From Fibrobacteria bacterium (GTDB lineage Bacteria; Fibrobacterota; Fibrobacteria; UBA11236), in assembly GCA_043732185.1 (NCBI GenBank), contig JAYTHY010000123.1:1-21054 (forward strand): a stretch of DNA of 21,054 bases, written 5' to 3'. This document shows, one piece after another, positions 15,428-21,054 of this stretch (position 1 is the stretch's first letter; every line of letters starts with the position of its first letter). The notes under the pieces are model-generated. The model did not search any database and had not been told where the DNA came from. It saw only the letters and a list, made by a program, of their open reading frames with translations. The translations under genes were made by a program, and so were the position numbers.

Positions 15428-17212
15428 CTACCCAAAATGCCTCAGCGCATCGGATGGAGAAAGGCTCGCAGCCCGCCGCGCCGGGAACCAAGCCGTAACC
15501 GCCGCAATGAATAGTATAAGCACCAAGTAAAAAAGGGTACCGACCCAGCTGGGCACAAAATGCAACCGATGATTTACGATTAGCATCCCCAATGGATTGT
15601 CCGTACTTGAAAATCGAATGAGTTTCAGAAGCGCCATGGCAAGAAAAGCGAGGGCCGATCCCACTAAGCAGGAGAAAAGGGTGAGAAAAAAGGTTTCCAT
15701 CAAAAATATATTCCGCACATCTGATTTTTGCATGCCAATGGATCGCATGGTGCCTATTTCCCGAGTCCGTTCCCGAATAGTCATGCGGAGGGTATTGACG
15801 ACACCTACTTGGATTATGAAAAAAAGAATCAGTACTGCGGATAGAGTAATGATGTTGAGAGCGTATTCCAGATTGATGATCATGCTGGCGCTTTCATACA
15901 TGGTCTGCACGTCTACGGTAGTCGCCTTGGTCTTGAGCCGCGCGATATCGACGTATTTTTTCCTTAGGTCCGAGGTGCTGCGCGTACGGTCCAGCAATAC
16001 CCATTCCCTGTTAAGATAAGGGAAGATTGGGCTCAAGGTGTCCAGAAACTGTGAGAGGGCTTGAGCAGAGGGTTTGGGCCAATTGCCATAAAAGAAGCCA
16101 TAGAAATCTTTGTCGTTTACAAGGATACTGTGGCCTGTAAATGGGGAAGGATTTGGAAGAAATCCTGTGATAGTAAGGGTTACGAAAGCCGAAGCTGGTG
16201 TAGGACCATTCGAATTCTGAAATTTTGTCGGATACGAGAACTCGATTTTATCGCCTATGCCCAACTGTAAGCTATCCCCCAGTGTGCGGCTTATGAGCAC
16301 ATCATCACGGCTTAATGCATTTCGATTGGGAGCAAAGGCCGATAGTATTCCCGTCAAATTTTTCAAGGAAGCCGAGTCTACTTTATAGCCAAATACCGTT
16401 ACTGAAATGGTTTTAATTTTGCCCGCCACCGTGCCATGCACACATGCAATAGGGGGAACCAATCGCGCGTGCACGGAATCTGCAGTAGGCACAGCATTCT
16501 TTTTTGGATTGGAAACCGTGATATGCAATCCTCCAATATCATCAGGACTATATCCGGCAATGCGCTTAATGTCCTCCATCTTGAAAAATGCCGGCGTTGC
16601 CATAAAAATATTGGCGGGGTTGAAAATACCCGCCACCGTCAAGCGGGCCGCCTGGTTTTGGCCGTGGACGTCTTGGAAGCGAATGCGGAGCATGTCATTC
16701 ACCTTAACGTTTAAGTTTTTGGCTTTAACATTGGATAGAAGAACCGGGTTTTCCAAATCCGTTCTTAATAAGCTTTCAAAATCACCCTCAACCATACGAA
16801 AATCCGGGCGCATTTCTTCCATAACCTTACTGCTATTCGTAGCATCCACATTAAGGCCAACCAGTATCATATTGTCGGTTCTGGCATTGCCTATTACGCG
16901 CGCTAAAATACCAATGGCTTCTTCGGTGGAGAATCCAACAGGAAGCGTCTTGGTAATGAGTCCCAGCATGCGTTGGCCATCCGGGAAAAACGGGCGAGTC
17001 ATATTCCCATTTTGGGTAAATACTACACTGACCTGCCCCGACATATACGTTAATAAACGGTTGAAAAGGACATCGGATATTCCGTGCGAAAATGCATTTG
17101 CGACTCCAAGAATTGCCATACCCAAGGCGATGGCGGCACCCAGAAAAAGATTTCGACGCTTTTGGCGGAAAAGATTGCGTAGGCTGATGCGGAATAGGAT
17201 TTCCATATTCAT
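15428..17212 (-). CDS. ABC transporter permease, FtsX/MacB/LolCE family
   Basis: 594 aa; ISLRNLFRQKRRNLF + TM1, large periplasmic region, NTLRMTIRERTREIGTMRSIGM, PARRAASLSPSDALR. Confidence 0.93.
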   Translation of the reverse strand: MNMEILFRISLRNLFRQKRRNLFLGAAIALGMAILGVANAFSHGISDVLFNRLLTYMSGQVSVVFTQNGNMTRPFFPDGQRMLGLITKTLPVGFSTEEAIGILARVIGNARTDNMILVGLNVDATNSSKVMEEMRPDFRMVEGDFESLLRTDLENPVLLSNVKAKNLNVKVNDMLRIRFQDVHGQNQAARLTVAGIFNPANIFMATPAFFKMEDIKRIAGYSPDDIGGLHITVSNPKKNAVPTADSVHARLVPPIACVHGTVAGKIKTISVTVFGYKVDSASLKNLTGILSAFAPNRNALSRDDVLISRTLGDSLQLGIGDKIEFSYPTKFQNSNGPTPASAFVTLTITGFLPNPSPFTGHSILVNDKDFYGFFYGNWPKPSAQALSQFLDTLSPIFPYLNREWVLLDRTRSTSDLRKKYVDIARLKTKATTVDVQTMYESASMIINLEYALNIITLSAVLILFFIIQVGVVNTLRMTIRERTREIGTMRSIGMQKSDVRNIFLMETFFLTLFSCLVGSALAFLAMALLKLIRFSSTDNPLGMLIVNHRLHFVPSWVGTLFYLVLILFIAAVTAWFPARRAASLSPSDALRHFG

Positions 17213-18738
17213 TCCTTATTCACCGCGTCCAAAGGCGTTACTTTCCTGACCAAAATAAGTGGATACACAACTGCGGTCAGGGTCACAAAAAGCAATTGTA
17301 AAACGGCCAAGATCAGATCCCCACCTGTAAGTAAGGGATGAAAGGTATCTCCCCCAAAAAACAACTGTAACATGTCGTTGTCTGATGATATTTTGAAATA
17401 GGGAAGAACCATAACCATGAGCATCCCTGTGAGTATGCCGAGTCCTCCAAAAAGCAGAGCCAAATATGCAGTTTCAATCAGGAACATTAGACTGATAAAA
17501 CCCTTTCGTGCCCCTATTGCCCGCATCATACCAAGTTCCGAAGTCCTTTCCAGTGCCGCCATGCTTAAGGTGTTGACAATTATGATGACTGCCACGAAAA
17601 AAAGGAAACCCACAAATAAGAAAAGCGCTCCTTTAATCAGAGTGGCAATGCTACCCACTGGACCCAAGGCTGATTTCCAATCCACGGCGCGGACACCAGA
17701 TTTTGCTGCCTTAAGAGTGGCGTTCAAATTGGTAAGAGCTTCGTGATGGTTTATACCGGGTTTCAAAAAGATGAGAACGAGATTATAATCACCCGCTTCC
17801 ACGTTTGCTCCGGTGCTTTTGGATTGGATTTTGCGACTCCAATCTATGGGAGTTTTGACGCCAGCATGGGTTTCAGCGATGGAAGTATTCTCAGAAAACA
17901 TGTCATCTAGGCTTATTTCAGTTTTATAAAATAGGGCACTGTCTCGATTGGAAATCTGACTTTGGGATTTTTCTCCTGCCATAAAATATCCAAGACATTG
18001 ACGAAAGGATTCGATATCAATTAATGCGAAATTTCCGAAAATGGTGTTCAATGCGTGGTATCTGAAAATTCCATCTACATCCAGACGAAGATCCGTCGCG
18101 GAATTTTCCGCGTTGAACCCCATCATCACCATGCTGGATTTTAAACTGAGATCGTGGTAATTGGTACCGATGTCCTTTTCCAAATGGGCAGTATCGAGGA
18201 TTTTGCCCTTTGGTAGAAACCAGATATTCGTCTGGCGCTGAATTTCTTTTCTAGCCCCAGTGGGCAGCATCAAGGCCGGTTGCCCTTTTTTCGGAAGCTG
18301 TCCTTCGACCAAGTCCAGATTTCCTGGAAAGATTTTTTGGTAGCTTTCGAAATCTACGCCTAAGAGGTAGAGAAAGGTTGACGCGCCTCCGTCTTCATTC
18401 AGCACCATAGCCATGTTTTTCCCTACGGGGAGAAAATTTTCAACATCAGGATTTGCGCTCAAAACCTTTCGAATTGCCGTAAATCCGTGAATAGGTTCGA
18501 TGGCTTTTCCCATCATCTCCATAAAGACATTGTCGCTTTCCTGTTTGTTTGAGATAAGTACCACATCGCCTGTAAAACCGTGTACGACGGTTTTATTTAA
18601 GCCCGTTTCCATACCTGATATCACGCCGTTTCCCAGAGTCATGATGAGCGCGCCAAGAAAGAGTATGGCGCCCACCACCAGACTTTGTCCACGATGACGC
18701 CACAAATTGCGCGCGGCAATTTTCAGAATCAGATGCAT
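17209..18738 (-). CDS. ABC transporter permease, FtsX/MacB/LolCE family
   Basis: 509 aa; IAARNLWRHRGQS + TM1, NTLSMAALERTSELGMMRAIGA, YPLILVRKVTPLDAV; ATGA overlap with next permease. Confidence 0.93.
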   Translation of the reverse strand: MHLILKIAARNLWRHRGQSLVVGAILFLGALIMTLGNGVISGMETGLNKTVVHGFTGDVVLISNKQESDNVFMEMMGKAIEPIHGFTAIRKVLSANPDVENFLPVGKNMAMVLNEDGGASTFLYLLGVDFESYQKIFPGNLDLVEGQLPKKGQPALMLPTGARKEIQRQTNIWFLPKGKILDTAHLEKDIGTNYHDLSLKSSMVMMGFNAENSATDLRLDVDGIFRYHALNTIFGNFALIDIESFRQCLGYFMAGEKSQSQISNRDSALFYKTEISLDDMFSENTSIAETHAGVKTPIDWSRKIQSKSTGANVEAGDYNLVLIFLKPGINHHEALTNLNATLKAAKSGVRAVDWKSALGPVGSIATLIKGALFLFVGFLFFVAVIIIVNTLSMAALERTSELGMMRAIGARKGFISLMFLIETAYLALLFGGLGILTGMLMVMVLPYFKISSDNDMLQLFFGGDTFHPLLTGGDLILAVLQLLFVTLTAVVYPLILVRKVTPLDAVNKE

Positions 18739-18741
18739 AAC

Positions 18742-19419
18742 CTACCCGGCATCTATTCTTCCATCCTTGATTTGTATAACGGTTTTAGCGTACTTGAGTA
18801 CGTTTTTATCATGGGTGGAGAATACAAATGTGGTTTGCTCACTTTGATTTAGAGATTTCATCAGTTCCAAAATGGACTCACCGGTAACCGAATCGAGATT
18901 GGCAGTAGGTTCATCGGCCAAAACTATGTCTGGATGGGTAACCAGTGCTCTAGCGATGGCCACTCTTTGCCTCTGACCGCCGGATAGTTCGGCTGGTCGA
19001 TGATGGCGGAATTCCGTCAAGCCCACTTCATCAAGCAGCTTTTCCGCTCGGGTTCGGATTTCCCTATGCGACAACTTCTTTTGTAACAGCAAAGGAAATT
19101 CCACGTTTTCCGTGGCAGTTAATACTGGAATCAAATTAAAGGTTTGAAAAATAAAGCCCAGGTGATTAAGACGCAAATCCGTGATTTGCCGATCGGTAAG
19201 CGTGCCTAAATCCATTCCGCTTACCTTGACAGTTCCGGAAGTCGCTAAATCAATACACCCAATTACATTGAGAAGAGTGGTTTTCCCACTTCCGGATGGT
19301 CCCATGATGCTTACCAAATCCCCTTTGGAAATAGATAGGTCGATGCCTCGCAAAGCATGCACGGTAGTTTTTCCTAGGGCATAATCCTTGGTCAACCCAT
19401 GGATTTCAATAATGCTCAT
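18742..19419 (-). CDS. ABC transporter ATP-binding protein, LolD/MacB family
   Basis: Start re-picked to ATG 19419 (MSIIEIHGLTKDY), 225 aa. Walker A GPSGSGKT, GFIFQTFNLIP, LSGGQRQR, Walker B IVLADEPTANLD, STHD. Confidence 0.95.
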   Translation of the reverse strand: MSIIEIHGLTKDYALGKTTVHALRGIDLSISKGDLVSIMGPSGSGKTTLLNVIGCIDLATSGTVKVSGMDLGTLTDRQITDLRLNHLGFIFQTFNLIPVLTATENVEFPLLLQKKLSHREIRTRAEKLLDEVGLTEFRHHRPAELSGGQRQRVAIARALVTHPDIVLADEPTANLDSVTGESILELMKSLNQSEQTTFVFSTHDKNVLKYAKTVIQIKDGRIDAG

Positions 19420-19518
19420 TGCACAATCCCTTCCAGTTTCCGTATTTATATCGAGACACGGTTTCAAAATCGATCATTTCAAACGCAGGTGCAAGAAAAT
19501 TTTGCTGCCAAGGATAAA

Positions 19519-19564
19519 AATTGTCAAGCTGGCTCAATGCTCCGTTCAGAATTGTCAAATTGAC
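19519..19564 (+). promoter_or_regulatory. Candidate upstream activator sequence (enhancer-binding protein sites)
   Basis: AATTGTCAA at 19519-19527 and 19550-19558 (31 bp apart); second copy runs into dyad GTCAA-A-TTGAC (19554-19564); about 80-120 bp upstream of the -24 element. Confidence 0.5.
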
Positions 19565-19590
19565 GCAGTGGACTGCGGCATTATTTTATC

Positions 19591-19603
19591 AATCAAGTGA
19601 TTA
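19591..19603 (+). promoter_or_regulatory. Candidate IHF binding site
   Basis: AATCAA-GTGA-TTA matches WATCAA-N4-TTR exactly, preceded by AT-rich TTATTTTATC, and lies between the repeats and the -24/-12 element. Confidence 0.55.
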
Positions 19604-19640
19604 TTTGAGGTATGGGCTTCTACTTGGTTTTTCCAAATCG

Positions 19641-19656
19641 TGGTATGTAATTCGCT
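19641..19656 (+). promoter_or_regulatory. Candidate sigma54 (-24/-12) promoter of the sigma factor gene
   Basis: TGGTATG-TAAT-TCGCT versus consensus TGGCACG-N4-TTGCW; GG (19642-3) and GC (19654-5) are separated by exactly 10 nt; 59 bp upstream of the ATG. Confidence 0.65.
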
Positions 19657-19715
19657 TGTCAATCAAGGTAGGGTTATGGAACCACTTGTAACAATACCAG
19701 AAGGAGGGTAACCGC

Positions 19716-20597
19716 ATGATTTCGACAACCAAGTATTCCTTGAGGAAGTCAAAATTTGAAACGGAGGCTGTTTCAGCTTACATGAAGGATATTAAGCATT
19801 CCGTTAAACTGACGACCGAGGAAGAAAACGCTCTTGCATTGAGAATCCATGCGGGTGACAAACATGCTCTCAAGATTTTAGTTGAAGCGAACCTAAAATT
19901 TGTGGTGGCGGTATGCCGCAATTATAGAAACCAAGGTCTCCCCCTAGGAGATTTGATCAATGAAGGAAATTTGGGTTTAATAAAGGCTGCTTTGCGGTTT
20001 GAAGGTTCCAAGGAGACCCGTTTTATTTCTTATGCAGTTTGGTGGATCCGTCAAGGAATACTTGAGGCCTTGGCAAGCCAATCCAGATTCATGCGCATCC
20101 CCGCATCTTTTACGATGGGCATCCACAAAATAAACAATGCCACGCGTGCCTTGTTCCAAAAGTTAAGCCGCGAACCTACCGTTGAGGAGTTGGAATTGGA
20201 AACAGGGCTGGATGCGAATCGTATCCGCGATTGCAGGCTATTGTCTCAACCCACCGTATCCTTAAATTACTCAGCCGAAGGTGAAGGCGGTTCTGAATTC
20301 CAGGATTCCTTGGCAGATCGTTCTCAACCCGATGTGGAAATGCAAATGGATATTAAGCAGACCCGAAATGTTTTAGCGGGCTTATTATCGAGATTGAATC
20401 TTAGAGAGAGGGAAGTGCTTCGTTTATACTTTGGTATGGACTCGGGCGTTTCCAATAGCTTGGGGGAAATCGCCAATCGCTATGGCCTCTGCCGTGAGCG
20501 AGTCCGGCAAATAAAGAAAAGAGGACTGACCAATCTGAGAAGATTCATAAAATCAAGCGAAGTAAAAGCATCTTTAGTCAATGGAGCACAGTTATGA
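19716..20597 (+). CDS. RNA polymerase sigma70-family factor, RpoD/SigA-like paralog lacking region 1.1
   Basis: 293 aa, SD AAGGAGG at 19701-19707. Region 1.2 YMKDI...LTTEEE, region 2 ANLKFVVAVCRNYRNQGLPLGDLINEGNLGLIKAA and FISYAVWWIRQGI, region 3 LSREPTVEEL, region 4 REREVLRLYFG...SLGEIA...RERVRQIK. Confidence 0.93.
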   Translation: MISTTKYSLRKSKFETEAVSAYMKDIKHSVKLTTEEENALALRIHAGDKHALKILVEANLKFVVAVCRNYRNQGLPLGDLINEGNLGLIKAALRFEGSKETRFISYAVWWIRQGILEALASQSRFMRIPASFTMGIHKINNATRALFQKLSREPTVEELELETGLDANRIRDCRLLSQPTVSLNYSAEGEGGSEFQDSLADRSQPDVEMQMDIKQTRNVLAGLLSRLNLREREVLRLYFGMDSGVSNSLGEIANRYGLCRERVRQIKKRGLTNLRRFIKSSEVKASLVNGAQL

Positions 20598-21052
20598 AGA
20601 TCCGAAAAGTATGGTTTGTTTTGATTTTGCTAACCAGCATCGCATGGGTCCATGGGCAGTCGCCGTCAGCTAAAACCCAGAAAATCGATAGCTTGAAGGC
20701 CTTTCAGATTGTCATTGGTGCAGAAATGAAACAAAACAATCGGGTTATGGTTTTGAAAAATAGGCATCTTTCGGATTCTTTAATGGACCAGGCCAGTCAC
20801 GTCCAAAAAAATAAATTTGAAGGATTCCTATCCGACACCAACATTGCTCACGAAGTCAAGTCCCAGGAGGAATTTGTCCGATATTGGAAAAAACTCGAAG
20901 CTGAAAATGGGATTAAGGCGCTTAAAGATCAATATTCCCGGGCCGATATTGATAAATCTCTGATTCCTAAAAAGTATCTTTTCGACTCTTCCGTGGTCGT
21001 GTATCCTGGCGTCATTATTCTCAGAAATAGAATACTCCTTCATCCACATTAA
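20594..21052 (+). CDS. Hypothetical secreted protein
   Basis: 152 aa, ATGA overlap with sigma gene, signal peptide MKIRKVWFVLILLTSIAWVHG; no recognised domain. Confidence 0.7.
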   Translation: MKIRKVWFVLILLTSIAWVHGQSPSAKTQKIDSLKAFQIVIGAEMKQNNRVMVLKNRHLSDSLMDQASHVQKNKFEGFLSDTNIAHEVKSQEEFVRYWKKLEAENGIKALKDQYSRADIDKSLIPKKYLFDSSVVVYPGVIILRNRILLHPH

Positions 21053-21054
21053 AG

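Noticed and set aside
16407..17249. 280-aa + strand ORF
   Set aside because: Antisense to the permease; no recognisable domain or SD.
19489..19511. Minus-strand TGGCAGC...TTGCA as sigma54 promoter for the ABC operon
   Set aside because: GG to GC spacing is 15 nt rather than the required 10.
1..21054. CRISPR arrays, tRNA/rRNA, IS elements, prophage or defence genes
   Set aside because: No repeat-spacer pattern, RNA gene signature, transposase, integrase or nuclease motif seen; intergenic gaps are all under 300 bp.

Overview
Bacterial chromosomal window with 16 supportable CDSs and no rRNA, tRNA, CRISPR array or transposase. The short FISYAVWWIRQ-type sigma factor and C-terminal secretion-like tails suggest an FCB-group organism, possibly Fibrobacterota (inference). 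In order: a PAS-PAS-PP2C (RsbU/SpoIIE-like) phosphatase; a TIGR04282/DUF2064-like transferase; a divergent pair of secreted, probably glycan-active proteins (parallel beta-helix; unclassified protein with a D-N-E motif); the radical SAM enzyme ArsS; a six-hairpin glycosidase-like gene coupled to a GT4 glycosyltransferase; a TVP38/TMEM64 (DedA) membrane protein; a baeRF-like protein; a five-gene LolD/LolCE/LolA-like/beta-barrel export operon; and, divergent from it, an RpoD-like sigma paralog coupled to a small secreted protein. Two signals stand out. (1) A complete-looking sigma54 promoter (upstream repeats, exact IHF consensus, GG-N10-GC) sits in front of the sigma70-family gene, implying an RpoN-to-sigma70 cascade. 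(2) Three co-oriented genes of the arsenosugar neighbourhood (TVP38, arsS, TIGR04282) are interleaved with two glycoenzyme gene pairs, with no arsM in the window. All family assignments are by motif recognition, not database search.
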